A stretch of DNA of 63,994 nucleotides, counting the filler, from Reticulomyxa filosa (taxonomy: Eukaryota > Protista > Foraminifera): NCBI GenBank assembly GCA_000512085.1. It is 18 parts of 18 records of this genome, joined end to end, with 100 filler letters (N's around TTAATTAATTAA, not from the genome) between each part and the next. Parts side by side here need not be neighbours in the genome. Positions count along the whole stretch, not along the records: positions 49,189 to 52,285 come from ASPP01009622.1; positions 52,386 to 55,029 come from ASPP01040880.1; positions 55,130 to 56,251 come from ASPP01021370.1; positions 56,352 to 57,498 come from ASPP01043364.1; positions 57,599 to 59,187 come from ASPP01017941.1; positions 59,288 to 60,801 come from ASPP01033485.1; positions 60,902 to 62,802 come from ASPP01047064.1; positions 62,903 to 63,994 come from ASPP01049550.1; 10 more parts are not named here. One strand, given 5' to 3'. Below are positions 51,854 through 63,994 of this stretch, one piece after another; the stretch's first letter is position 1; each line of letters opens with the position of its first letter. A model generated the notes under the pieces. That model saw only the letters and a list, made by a program, of their open reading frames with translations. It made no database searches and was not told where the DNA came from. A program made the position numbers and the translations under genes.

Positions 51854-52200
51854 TCACAAAACAGAGCGAAGTTGTGTCGCATTCCAAGCAATGCCTTCAA
51901 TGTGTGCCGTTCGTCATTTGTGCAGCCCATCCTCTGTAGTTTCTCCTTTGTCTCCTCCAAGTCTTTTGAAGGCTCACTTGTGTTCGTCGCCATTTTTATC
52001 AGATTCATTAGCATTTCTATCTTCTCCTTTTCTGCTTTGCTGGCATCAAGCAAATTTCTAATTAGTTTTTGATCCATTGATCACTTGTTATTATATATAC
52101 ATACATACGTATACATATACATATACATATATATGTATATGTATGTATATATAATAACAATACTTGCAAGTTGTTGATCCTGTCTGCCTGTATTTTGTTT
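50703..52200 (-). CDS. Coiled-coil protein with C-terminal MIEAP (SPATA18)-like domain, 5' truncated
   Basis: FIENAKKWSWCAILQVPEL...FNENIHKKSFGSENKSQLILYCVWPSL resembles MIEAP-C ([27 protein letters not shown]). Upstream exons are coiled-coil. Confidence 0.72.
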
Positions 52201-52250
52201 TGTTATTATTAAAAAAAAAAAAAAGGGGGAGGAGATAAGGGATGCATTTG

Positions 52251-52285
<35 letters not shown>

Positions 52286-52385
52286 NNNNNNNNNNNNNNN
52301 NNNNNNNNNNNNNNNNNNNNNNNNNNNNNTTAATTAATTAANNNNNNNNNNNNNNNNNNNNNNNNNNNNNNNNNNNNNNNNNNNN

Positions 52386-52565
52386 TTGATTATTTTTTGA
52401 ATGGACCTTTTGGTTGGTGTAAGATTTTGCGTGTCTTTCTTTGTTTTTATTTCTTTTTTTTTTAGTACTGAGTTTATGCGGGTAGATAGGGCAAAAAGTA
52501 GTGCGAGTTGAGGATGAAGCGCGAGAGTAGTCCAACACTTGACACGCAACCCATCTAAAAAAAAG
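52386..52565 (+). mobile_element. LINE 3' UTR ending in poly(A)
   Basis: About 180 bp homologous (reverse complement) to 60446-60645. Both end CAACCCATCT(A)n. Confidence 0.75.
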
Positions 52566-53049
52566 ATTAGTAAAAAATACCTTCCCGACCCTCGGAGTTC
52601 TGCCAAACTCAAAAGACTGGTATTTGCCTTGAGGATGCTAATTTCCCTGAAAACATCAAATACTCTTAAGCTAAACAAGGATTGATACCCTCTCACACAA
52701 GTCGCCCATTGCCAGTAAAAGAGTTACTATCTCAGTTACTAAAGCAACTGATGACAAGATACGCGGTAAGTTTAAAAGCACTTCCACTTCTCACAGTCAC
52801 AAACCACACAAAGATGCAGGACCGACGACTCTACCCACCGAAAATGAAATGCAGCAAAAGACTTTGCCAAAAGGGTAAAAAAATTAAAAACAACACTACA
52901 GTCGCAATATCACAAAAGCCAACTACTATAAAAAAAATTTTTATAGTAAAAAAAAATTCGGACTTTTCTTTTGGTTTGAAGCTAGTTGATTCTTCGACGA
53001 TTTCGAAATACGACTAAATATCTTGTTAATCTAACTTCAATTGAGTGTA

Positions 53050-54300
53050 ATCTTCCAAATCTTAAAACTTTTTCACGATGATCGATGATGATCAAGTACA
53101 TATTTTTTTTTTCACCAATTACAATAAATTCAGTAATTTTTCTTGCTTCTTTGATTTCATTCTCAAATGCATCTAAATTGAGGCAGATATTTGCAGAAAT
53201 ATGATCAATTTCATCTTCTCTTGATGATATTTCACAGCGATCTTTTGAATATTCCTATAAAAGCTACAAAACATTGTCGACTTTTTTTCTACTGAAATGT
53301 TAATTTTAATCCAACACGACTCATAACCTGATCTTTGGAATTTGTCTTGTTTGATTTCAAATATCCTTTGAGTTGCACGGAGATCTCGATGACATATGAT
53401 AACAGTCCTTCCTGTTTCACTCCAAAATTTGTTATACAAATTCTGGAACTAATATCTTGATATTCTTCTTGTCGTCTCCGATCGGAAACATTCATGAAGG
53501 AGGAAAATATTTGGTCGAACTGCATGGAGATTCTGCTCCAGCAGTTGGGCTTTTGAATAAAAGCCGTTGATGTTGTTTTGGAAAATAATCAATTTGTTCA
53601 TTGATTATCTTCCATGTATGTGGTTTCTTGGGTCTCTTCTTGATCCATTTGATTTAATAAAGGTGTGAATGCTTGTGCAATAGACGATAGCTATTGAACA
53701 GGTGCTTGTAGCGCAGCTATTTGCCCTTCAATTGTTTTATGTTATCTATTTGGCCATTATTTGACTTTTGTTATGTGTGTGGAATATCACAATATTGAAT
53801 CATTTGGATGATGTCCTTTGTATAATACACATTTCTGGAATTTTACATTCTTTTGTGATGATATTGCTCCAAATGTTTTCATTAATTCTTTTTCTTCAAT
53901 TTCTGCTATTTTCAATTCTTGCTTCTTTTTGCCTTTTAATCATCTTGTGGTCTTGCACGCTTGAGATTGCCACGATCTTGCTGATTGCCTTCTTTTGTTT
54001 GCTTATCAATCATTGTCTCATCACAGTTATTCAAATGGCTTACTGCTTTATGATATTATTGTGAAGCAATATTGTTTTGATTTATAATATTTGGCAATGG
54101 TGATAATGAGTTTATTCTTCCATGTGCTTTCAAATTGTGGCTGCCTTTTGTCAATGACATATTACTCTTTGGTAATGCTGTCATCTTTCACGATCCAAGC
54201 ACTTTGATTTACAAAGCAAAATTTTTGTAACTAGACTATCTATTCCTTAAATATAGCTTCGGATCGCCGTTTTTTGCGTCCTGGCTGATCTTGCCTTAAT
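53050..54300 (-). mobile_element. Decayed LINE 5' portion: ORF1 remnant and APE endonuclease
   Basis: NNINGFYSK..LL...PNIFLLHECF, GRTVII, ESCWIKI, MFCSFYR are APE-domain motifs. Contains stops and frameshifts. Confidence 0.75.
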
Positions 54301-55129
54301 CCCCAACTGTATAAAATCCAATACTTTATAAATTACAAAAATTTTTAATATCAACAATAAAAATCATATAATCGCTTTCGATGAAAAAAATCACCAAAAA
54401 ATATCAACAAATATGTGATTTCTATTTAATATTCCAATTACCCTCTTCAAGTGTTTCAAATAATTCTTCAAATTAATTTATCCAAATAACTTTCCAATAA
54501 TAACAAATTTTCTTAAGGAACATTCCTAAAGAAATTTTCTTGATATCTCAGATACTGATATCACAAAATAAATTTCAAATTTTGAAAGATGTCGAAGTAT
54601 CTTGACTTGTCAGACCTAAATCCCTTCCAAAAAACAACTTTTGCAGCAAGTTGAAAATGATAATGAATGTTGCTAGATTTTTTTTCACTAACTTACCGAA
54701 AATTCAATGCTAAAAAAAACTATCTTACCAAAAAAGTTTAAAATTAATTATGCTGACTAATATTAAAGTATTTAACGCACAATAAATACAGAAAAAAAAA
54801 AGATCATTATGGGGAAGCACTGTGATAAGTTTACAAAGGGAATAGCTGTGAAAATGCTTGATGGAAAGTCTATGCGAAAAGTGGTAGTAAATTACACATA
54901 AGAGCTTCTTTTAAACAAGTGTAAACGTTTGTTAGATATATTATTTTTCTTTACAGTTTGATATAGACTTAATAAGAAAATTTGTTTAAAAAAAGTCATC
55001 TGTAAAAGCTAGCTAAAAAATTGAATGTANNNNNNNNNNNNNNNNNNNNNNNNNNNNNNNNNNNNNNNNNNNNTTAATTAATTAANNNNNNNNNNNNNNN
55101 NNNNNNNNNNNNNNNNNNNNNNNNNNNNN

Positions 55130-56251
55130 ATAAAGACAAAGAAAAGTGGTAAACTCGTTCTTCCAAAATGGCAATATCGATTTCCACGGGTTGACTCAAT
55201 ATCTCGGGCCTGGTGGATACATAGCGCCTGTGTTTCATTTCTTCACTGACTTCTTGTTCGAGGACGTGAAGCAGCAGAGCGACATTGTCTTTTTGGAATG
55301 AGAGATACTTTTTGAAGTGATGTCTCAAGTTGTTTTGGACCGCCTGTTTTTGCGTATCGATGAATGACTCGAGCATCACGCTAATGGCCATATCCACATC
55401 GTCGCTGCGCACATATTCGCGCAGGTGCAGTTTGGCGCGAGCTTCGGCCAAGCGCAAGATGCTTTCAATGTGTCTCACGGCAATGGGGATGCCACCGCCC
55501 TCGGACGACTTTTGGCGCAAGTCGCTATAGAATTTGGAAACCTTTTCGCGGTCAATCTTGTCAAGTTTGGGATGGCAATGATGTTTCGCATAAAATATGT
55601 ATTTCCGAAGCATATCTTGGCTTATTTGCTATTATATATTATATACGTATACGTATACATATTTGTACATATATGTATACATACATGTACAAATATGTAT
55701 ACGTATACGTATATACATATATATATATATATATAATTAACTCCATCGACGACAGAAGACTTGTCTTGATGACGTTGTTGTGGCTCATCTTGCAACTGCT
55801 GCTGTTGCAACTCTTGCTTGCGCGTGTTGGGATGCGACGCAATGTGATTTCCGACGACAAAGTCGGCGAGCATTTCATCCTTGATGGGGTCGACGCGATC
55901 TCGCACGACGGCGAGCACGTCGAAGCGCGACAGAATGGGGTCGGTGAGATCCACGTTTTCGACAAAGGTGAGCGAGCCGTCGTATCTGCTTTTGATAGGA
56001 TTGGCGGCGGCGATCACCGAACAGCGCGCTTGCAGCGTGGCCACAATGCCTGCTTTCGAAATGCTAATGCTTTGCTGTTCCATGGCTTCGTGGATCGATA
56101 TGCGGTTCTGGTCGTTCATTTTATCAAACTTCGTCAATTAGACATACCTCGGTCGGCCAGCACTATGTTCCTCCTTCCAACGTCCATTCGCGAGTTACTG
56201 GGTCTCTTCGCACGCTCGCTGTCAATCCTACCGCGCTCGCGCCTTTGCCCG
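55130..56251 (-). CDS. MCM2: DNA replication licensing factor MCM2, C-terminal AAA region
   Basis: [64 protein letters not shown]. Intron at about 55622-55740; indels near the contig end. Confidence 0.95.
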
Positions 56252-57598
56252 NNNNNNNNNNNNNNNNNNNNNNNNNNNNNNNNNNNNNNNNNNNNTTAAT
56301 TAATTAANNNNNNNNNNNNNNNNNNNNNNNNNNNNNNNNNNNNNNNNNNNNAATAAACAACGGAGTGTTTATTCATATAAAATGCATACAATTTCAGATA
56401 TCCAAACGCATTATCATTTTCATATATCCAATCTAAAATCTTCAATTGCAATGAAACAGTAGCAACATTCATTCCTCTCTTTTACCCCATTTCAGATTTG
56501 AATACAATTAAGAAAATTTATACTGCATGATCAATAAAATAGCGTGTTTAATAAATTGAAAGTAATCCAATTGAAATACATGCATTGTCAATAGGAGAAG
56601 TAATAAATGACCTTCTAAGTAAGCCAAATTGAATTAAATTTCTTTTTTCATTATCCATCAATTTTTTATCTTTGCATTACTTCATGTCTCCAATTTCCTT
56701 TTATTTTTTCCAAATATGGCCAACTGCAAGGTTATTCATTAGGGTAATGTGCAACTAATGACTGGATCAGTACGCAAATACAAAGATAATTGTATTATCA
56801 ATTAATGATTATCCAAAAATTAATATTGATTCTATGAAAAAATATTCACTTAAAATGTATAAAAACATTGCCAATAAGTTCTGAGGGGACAAACTGAGTA
56901 GAAAATATTGACTGGAGACCTTAAGTTGTTGGCAGCAGCATGAAATCCACTTTAACGTTGGTGATTCCACATTTATTAAATGTGTTCAGGGTGGTGTCAA
57001 GTGTAAATAATGAATATGCACAGTTCAACTGGAAACGGACAAGCAAGTTCGGGCCATCATAACAATATAAATATATTTACAACAGCAAGGCACAATTCTA
57101 TCATCTACATGTGGAATTGATAACATGGAGACTTGCGCAATGTTCACAAGTCAATGGACTGACAATCATATCATTTGTCAAATTTTCAATAAGGAGCAAA
57201 TACCATCAAAGAACGAAAGTATACTTATACTCGGAACAAGCTACCGATCAATCCAATAAGAGTCCAAATAACAAAAGCCTTCCATAAATATGTTCAAGTC
57301 TACGTCGACAATCTCCACAACGTTTTATAAATTGGTCTTCAAATCGACATTATACAGGTAAATAACAGTTAGCAAAAGATCAAATGTGAAAAAAAAAATG
57401 TTCATTAAAAAAAAGTGTACGTTTACGTATATCAGATATAATACGTAAAGTATAGATTGCACATATAAGGAATTTGATTCAAAATGATTTAAAAAAAANN
57501 NNNNNNNNNNNNNNNNNNNNNNNNNNNNNNNNNNNNNNNNNNTTAATTAATTAANNNNNNNNNNNNNNNNNNNNNNNNNNNNNNNNNNNNNNNNNNNN

Positions 57599-57817
57599 AA
57601 ACTTGTATTCATTTTTGAGTGTATGATAAGAATAACAAGCTCCTTGATAAAAACCACCACAAATGATTATTTCGTGCTTGTGTAGCACACATTGAGAATG
57701 AGAAAGTGGAGTGGGCAAAGCCTTCAAAGTTTGAAAGGGGGTAATCAGATGTTGATCTTGTTTAAGTTGTTTTGTTTCTCTTTCAGGAGAGTTTTGTATT
57801 GTATTTTGATTATTCAT
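57599..57817 (-). CDS. Kelch-repeat protein, N-terminal part
   Basis: FQTLKALPTPLSHSQCVLHKHEIIICGGFYQGACYSYHTLKNEYK is a Kelch blade (GG...Y...). Truncated by contig end. Confidence 0.85.
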
Positions 57818-60039
57818 GTTGTTAATGCTGCTGAAGTTTTTTAAGTAGATATGACCCTTTTGGGAAAACAAAAAGTTTTTTTGCGTTAATTTTTTGTTTG
57901 GTTGACGAAACAAAAAAAATTGCACATAATTAAATAAGAAAACTAATCGGCATTGTAAAAAAATCCTTTTATGTGTAGAAATATCCATTACGAACTCGAT
58001 CCTTGCAGTGTAAATGGAACTTATTCGTGTAAAATAAAAATAATTAAGAGTAAAGTCCAGCTATTAAATTTTGAAAAATGGTTGGATAATATCAAAAAAA
58101 AAGAAATTTTAAATTTTGATGAATAGAAAGTTATGATTCTGAAAATAAAGATATCTACTTCAATTTTCATTGTTTTGTCTATATGCTTTTTAATCATAAT
58201 CGTATTTTCACATTGCATTACATTAGAATGCATTTGATATCTCATAATAAATTTATCTAGATTATTACTAATTTAAATGTAAAGACAACTGTCACAAATA
58301 CAAATTATGTAAATGAAGAAAAATCCATTCATCAATAAAAATATTGTCTTAATCTTGTTTAACATGCAATGAAAAAAATAACACATAAATGAATATAAGA
58401 AAATGATATTATTGATTTGTAGTCATGAAAAAAGTATAATACTTAAACACATTGGAGATTATTTTATTTTTGATAAATCTTTACTTCTGAAATCTTTAAA
58501 AGCTTTAAGTAGAGCATTTGACTTTTCCAACAGCTAAGTAAAATAGAAAAAAAAATGATTATACAAATTAAATTAAACAAACGCAATACCATTTTCATCG
58601 AACTTTTCAAAAAAACATGTTCATTTTTTGTTGAACAAAAGTAAATTGTCCCCAAATACGAAGGGAACCTCCTAATGAACTTAACGCAAGTTCAAATCAT
58701 ATGTGCCATTACGTGCATTTTCGTTATTCTTCTCTTTCCTTTTCAAGCTATGAAGCATTTTGGAAATTTGTTTGAATCTTTTTTCCTTGAACCGAGAAAG
58801 AAAATACATTGATCGATTCTTGCTGTTTTGGTGCGATTATATTGTTTGATGTTACAAAGAAATTGCGATAAAATATTGCAAAACTTGGAAATTTTTATTT
58901 GTTTGTTTTGGTATAGCTTTATTCATACAAGAAAATCTTTGGAATTTACAATTGCAAGCACACAAATATATCAAAAGAGGTTTGAGAAGAAATTAAAGAG
59001 AAATGTCATTCAAGGAATTTAAACAAATTAATACAAAAAAAAAAACGAATTTAGTGGTTCATCAAAAAAAACAAAATTAAAGGAAAGAAGATAAGGAAGG
59101 AATAACTTGACACTGAAATACACGGGTATCAAAACAAAATTGGACAAATTCATGATTAATCTCTTTAACACTTTGAATAAGTTTGGGNNNNNNNNNNNNN
59201 NNNNNNNNNNNNNNNNNNNNNNNNNNNNNNNTTAATTAATTAANNNNNNNNNNNNNNNNNNNNNNNNNNNNNNNNNNNNNNNNNNNNTTGCAGACATAAT
59301 CGAGAGCTGCTATATTCAGGCCTAGAAACACTGGCTCATAAAGAATTTCTGCTTTTATCAGCCTGTATTTTGAGCTTGAGCAACAAAACTTTTGAAAGCT
59401 ATTCAAAACGAGATGCAGTCTTCCGCAAGTACGAGAGGGAAAACATCCACCAAGACAACGACAGGAACATCTCTAAATCGATCACCAACTGAATTTATTG
59501 ATTAAGAAAAGGTCATTCTGGGATTCCTGAAAATGATAAAGTGGCTCTTGTTGCAAATAATGCTCGCAGGAAAGCGTTGCAATTGCAACTAGATTTGATT
59601 CCACAACACAGATCAGCTGCATTTCTGAATAATCATGGATTGAATCAATATTTTGCATTTTCAAACATCGACAACAAAAATTAGAGAATCTTGTGCATAA
59701 TTTCAATGAAATGCAACAAGAAAATGAACAAAAAGAAAATGAAGAAAAGACAAAGAAACAAAGAGCTCCGAAATGCTCTGTCTACAACTTTGGATATGTA
59801 GAAGAGAAGAAACAGAGAAGAAAAGAAAAATAACAAATCCAGAAATCAATAAAATTGTTCTGTTTAAGAATGTATCAATTCAAGAATCGAACAAGAAATC
59901 AAAGAAACCCTTGGAGTGTTGGAGTTTAATGTTGAGAAACCAACAAAAGAAAAACGAACAAAAGAAGGTTGATAATGAAGAAATCAAGCAATTAAAAAAT
60001 GAAATTACTGAATTACGTCAGATCTTCTTTCATTCAACA

Positions 60040-60445
60040 CAAAGAATATTCGAAACAGGAAAGTCATCAATTGATATCACACTTTGTTCCGAATCAATTG
60101 CAAGTTGGTGCAGTAAAACCATGGTGGAGTGAGAAGAAAAAGAAAACAAGTTCATGATTAAAAAGAAGGTTCAGAAAGAACAAAACAAAAGTAAATTATT
60201 GGAAATACAAAAAGGCTAAGTGAATTGAAGAGAAGATTAAAATAGGAAAAAGAAGTGATTAAAGCATTGAGACATATATCAATGAACAAAGCACAAGGAC
60301 CAGATAATATCCACAATCAAATGATAAATAATGGTGTATTATTATTTAATTGGAGTTTTGCAATGAGATTGATATAGTATTTAAATGAACAAAATACACC
60401 AAAGTCAAGCAGGATTTCGATCTTGGCACAATAAACCTGAATTAC
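60040..60445 (+). mobile_element. Highly deleted LINE ORF2 remnant
   Basis: GKSSIDITLCS (APE C-terminus), EVIKAL...KAQGPDNIHNQM, QAGFRSWHN (RT N-terminus). Confidence 0.75.
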
Positions 60446-60801
60446 TTTTTTTTTTAGATGGGTTGCAGTCAAGCGTCGGACTACTCTATCGCTTCATCAT
60501 CAACTTACACTTCTTTTTGCCCTCTCTAACTTCACAATCGTTCTAAGATATAGAACACATTACTCAAAGGAAAAGAAAAACAAAACAAAAGAAAGAACCT
60601 CACAAAATCTTACAACGACCAGAAGGTCCACACAAAAGTGATTAAAAGAAAAATTATAGTTAATCAATTTGATTGAAATTTGTCCTGAAAAACTCGAAAT
60701 TGTTCAAATCTTTCTCTTGGTATCGATAACAAACTTGACAACCTTGATCCTAATGTTTGGTTTCCACGTTCGATCCCCAATGATGAAATATTTCATCGAC
60801 A
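60446..60801 (-). mobile_element. LINE 3' end (ORF2 C-terminus, 3' UTR, poly(A)) inserted antisense into another LINE remnant
   Basis: IIGDRTWKPNIRIKVVKFVIDTKRKI* followed by a UTR shared with 52386-52565 and a T-run at 60445-60455. Confidence 0.72.
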
Positions 60802-60901
60802 NNNNNNNNNNNNNNNNNNNNNNNNNNNNNNNNNNNNNNNNNNNNTTAATTAATTAANNNNNNNNNNNNNNNNNNNNNNNNNNNNNNNNNNNNNNNNNNN
60901 N

Positions 60902-62723
60902 TTCAACGTCAATGTGATCTTTGCCTAATTTATCTAATCTTATTTTCAAGGCTTTTTCGTGGAATGTAATTGCTATGTCGTATTCGCCTTTTTTATTATA
61001 AGCCAATCCCAAATTGTTGTATAAAAGAGCAACATCAATATTATCTTCACCTTGTTTATCTAATCTTATTTTTAGTTCTTTTTTGTAGTATTCAATAGCG
61101 ATGTCATATTCATCTTTCTTATAATAAGCAAGTCCCAAATCGTTGTATAATTGAGCAACCTTAATATGATCCTCGCCTAATTTATCTATTCTTATTTTCA
61201 AGGCTTTTTCGAAGAATGTAATTGCTATGTCGTATTCACCTTTTTCATTATAACTCATTCCCAAATCGCGGTATAAAGAAGCAACATCAATATGATCTTC
61301 ACCTTGTTTATTTAATCTTATTTTCAAGGCTTTTTTAAAGTATTCAATCGCTTTGTCCCATTCATTTTTTTTATAATAAATATATCCTAAATTGTCGTAT
61401 GAACTGGCAACATCAATGTGATCTTCGCCTAATTTATCTAATCTTATTTTCAAGGCTTTTTCGTGGAATGTAATTACTATGTCGTATTCGCCTTTTTTAT
61501 TATAAGCCACTCCCAAATTGTTGTATAAAAGAGCAACATCAATATGATCTTCACCTTGTTTATCTAATCTTATTTTCAAGGCTTTTTTGTGGAATGTAAT
61601 TGCTATGTCGTATTCATCTTTTTGGTTATAAGCCGCTCCCAAACTGTGGCATAAATTAGCAACATCAATATGATCTTCACCTAATTTATCTAATCTTATT
61701 TTTAGCCCTTTTTTATAGTATTTAATAGCGATGTCATATTCATCTTTCTCATGATAAGCAAGTCCCAAATTGTCGTATGAATCGGCAACATCAATGTGAT
61801 CTTCGCCTAATTTATCTAATCTTACGCCAAGTACAATTCGAAAAAACTGAATTGCTTTGTCAAAATTTGACTTTTCACGTAAAGAAAAACCTAAATCCAT
61901 AAGATTATTCGTGTCGATAGGCCAAAGAGTAGTGCAAAGTGATGAATCAAAATTGTAATTGATAACAGATTGCTCAGTATGAATGAGATATTGTGTGACG
62001 TGACAATTCCCAATTCCATAAATAGTGCAATCAACAATATAAACACATCCATCGATTGTGATATTGTCAAGTGTTGTGCTTTTTGAATGAAAAGAACAAA
62101 TCTTGTATGGTTCAATTACTATTTGTTTTTTCATGTATTGATCCGAATTAATCATCATAGTAAAATAGGTATCTTCATGAGATTGTTGGCTATTCAATTT
62201 CGCCATTTGATCAAGATTAGAAGCAACGACAACGATTCCTTTTTCTTTATTTTCAATCATATCTTCAACTATTGTATGAGCTGCTTTAATTGCTTCATTC
62301 CATTCCTTTTGTTCCAATTCGATATCTGAATCTTTAAAATCGTCATCTTGTTTTTCATTATCTTGTTCTGAATACTTCACATCTTCATCGTTGTTTTCTG
62401 GTTTTTTTTTTTTTTTTTTTGCATTTTAATTCATTTCCTTTTAACGTAATTACTGTTTTAACAAAAAGATTTGCAAAACTATCATTAAAATCAATATAAA
62501 GCAAAACCGGGGTAGCACCAAAGGCAGTTTGGAGTTTTTCGTTGTTGTCAATCCATTGCCCATTTGCGTCAGCAATTTTAAAATCAAATTGCATGTCTTC
62601 GGGTTTGATTTTGTTTTCACTGATTATTTCTTTCACTTTCTCTTCCAAACTTTTCAATGATAACGAAGTGAATGTCACTTCATACGTTTTTTCTTCAATG
62701 TTAACTGACGCTTGAAACGCCAT
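60902..62723 (-). CDS. TPR-array protein: PB1/ubiquitin-like N-domain, acidic linker, beta-rich domain, at least seven 42-aa (kinesin-light-chain-type) TPRs; 3' truncated
   Basis: 126-nt tandem units encoding A..Y.NLG.AY..K.EYD.AI....KALKIRLDK.GEDHIDV. Intron at about 62400-62480. Confidence 0.9.
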
Positions 62724-62902
62724 ATTTGTCAAATGTGTAGACTATTACAAAAAATTTTAAATTTTGTCACTCCAGTTTTTGCTTACCCCCTTTTTTTTTT
62801 TTNNNNNNNNNNNNNNNNNNNNNNNNNNNNNNNNNNNNNNNNNNNNTTAATTAATTAANNNNNNNNNNNNNNNNNNNNNNNNNNNNNNNNNNNNNNNNNN
62901 NN

Positions 62903-63994
62903 GGTGTGCAAATAGCACTTCTAATCTATCATAAAATATGATGTTGATATTAGAAAAGATTTGTATAACAACAATGTTCAATGGCATAGCCGATAGAATA
63001 CAAAAAGAAATCAAAGTTTTGTATCGGCTGCATCGCAAATATCGATACAACATGATGGCATTGTCAATATCTATCGTGAGTAGCTCGCTTCTCTATATTC
63101 GCTTTCCAATCCTCAGCAGCGTCCACTCGATCTTACACACTATCGTTGGTTTAATGCTTTCCGACTCAGGCGAAGCCAAGACCAAACAACTACAAAATGT
63201 ATTATCCGTTTATTGTATTTACATATAACATATAAGTGTATATGTGTTTATTTACTTCAAAAAAAGGCAATAAGCATATCAAATTTGCAATGTCGACAAT
63301 GACAAAGTTTATGAGACGCACTCCCGTAAGTCCCAAACAAAAATGTCACGCTGGAATATAAATTGAAAATGTCCAACGACAGAGACGCAGCGGCTCTCCA
63401 CTTTATCGTGGCTTTCGATCATTTGAAAGACACAAGGTTATTTGTTCATCACAGCCATATATTATCAATCAATTCAAACATTTTTTCCATCGTCTTTTGC
63501 AAATGTATATGTTTGTGTGCATATATGTAGTTTGGGATTGCAAACAAAGAAGAGAAGAAGAAGAATAAAAAGAAAAAGGCTAACAAACTCAAGTTCAAAG
63601 TCAGATGGGCCAGTGACTTACCAGTATTGTTGGACATGCATTCAAATTGTGGTCGATATGATATTTATTCAATGTTTGCTGCAACTGAAGAAAAATACAA
63701 AGAAAAGCATGACATTGACGATTCGTCTAACCTACAACACACAGCATGAGTTTCGACCAAGACTTTTTTAGACAATGTCGAGTACAAAATATTTCAGTTG
63801 TAGATACTACATCGCCAACGTGTCAATTCTGATGAGATGTAACTTCACTAAGCAAATGCAACGCAATCATCATTTGGTAACAAATTATTACCACTGTTCA
63901 ACGATATCTTGGCTAGAATGAATGTCGAAATTTAAACCTTAAATTGTTATTTATTGCTGGCAGATCACCATTTATTTGTCTCATTGATGGAAGA
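62903..63994 (+). pseudogene. Disrupted multi-TM protein with possible RGS-like C-terminal remnant
   Basis: Hydrophobic MALSISIVSSSLLYI segment, then fragments MIFIQCLLQLKK and LLPLFNDILARMNVEI with stops between them. Confidence 0.3.

Noticed and set aside
55130-56251. Higher-GC MCM2 contig as contamination or HGT; indels at 56140-56251 as pseudogenisation
   Set aside because: It carries the same style of microsatellite intron as the other contigs. The indels cluster at the low-quality contig end.
56352-57498. Possible decayed coding sequence
   Set aside because: Only short protein-like stretches and no recognisable family, so it cannot be supported.
60902-61830. 126-nt repeats as a CRISPR-like array
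   Set aside because: They are in-frame protein-coding TPR units with no unique spacers and no cas genes, in a eukaryotic context.
7891-62902. Regularly recurring TTAATTAATTAA palindrome flanked by Ns (superficially an array)
   Set aside because: Artificial contig-joining spacer. Any apparent operon or cluster across spacers is also an artefact.

Overview
AT-rich, intron-containing eukaryotic DNA. The window is not one locus: it is 18 unlinked contigs joined by 17 artificial 100-nt spacers (N44-TTAATTAATTAA-N44), so adjacency across spacers means nothing. The gene families and sequence style (Kelch and 42-aa TPR expansions, PT-repeat surface protein, many pseudogenes, homopolymer indels) suggest a rhizarian or foraminiferan protist such as Reticulomyxa; this is inference, not verified. 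Recognisable genes: V-ATPase subunit a, MCM2, MATE transporter, TKL and CAMK kinases, GT61 glycosyltransferase, KIF-binding protein, Kelch, TPR, RING-H2, a large coiled-coil protein, LINE remnants and a Tc1-like element with TIRs. The most notable signals, mostly hidden from the ORF track by introns and frameshifts, are: (1) two independent decayed RNF213/mysterin-like loci (one E3/RZ-finger module, one AAA core), the latter head-to-head with a decayed P-loop helicase-like gene; (2) a TPR array with near-identical scaffolds but hypervariable helix-A positions; (1) and (2) together suggest a birth-and-death cell-autonomous immune repertoire; (3) an intact, spliceable G-alpha with all five G motifs degenerate (pseudo-GTPase); (4) an Alba-EF-hand fusion; (5) a MIEAP-domain protein; (6) a RING-H2 with Glu replacing a zinc-ligand Cys. 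All family calls are by motif recognition, without database searches.
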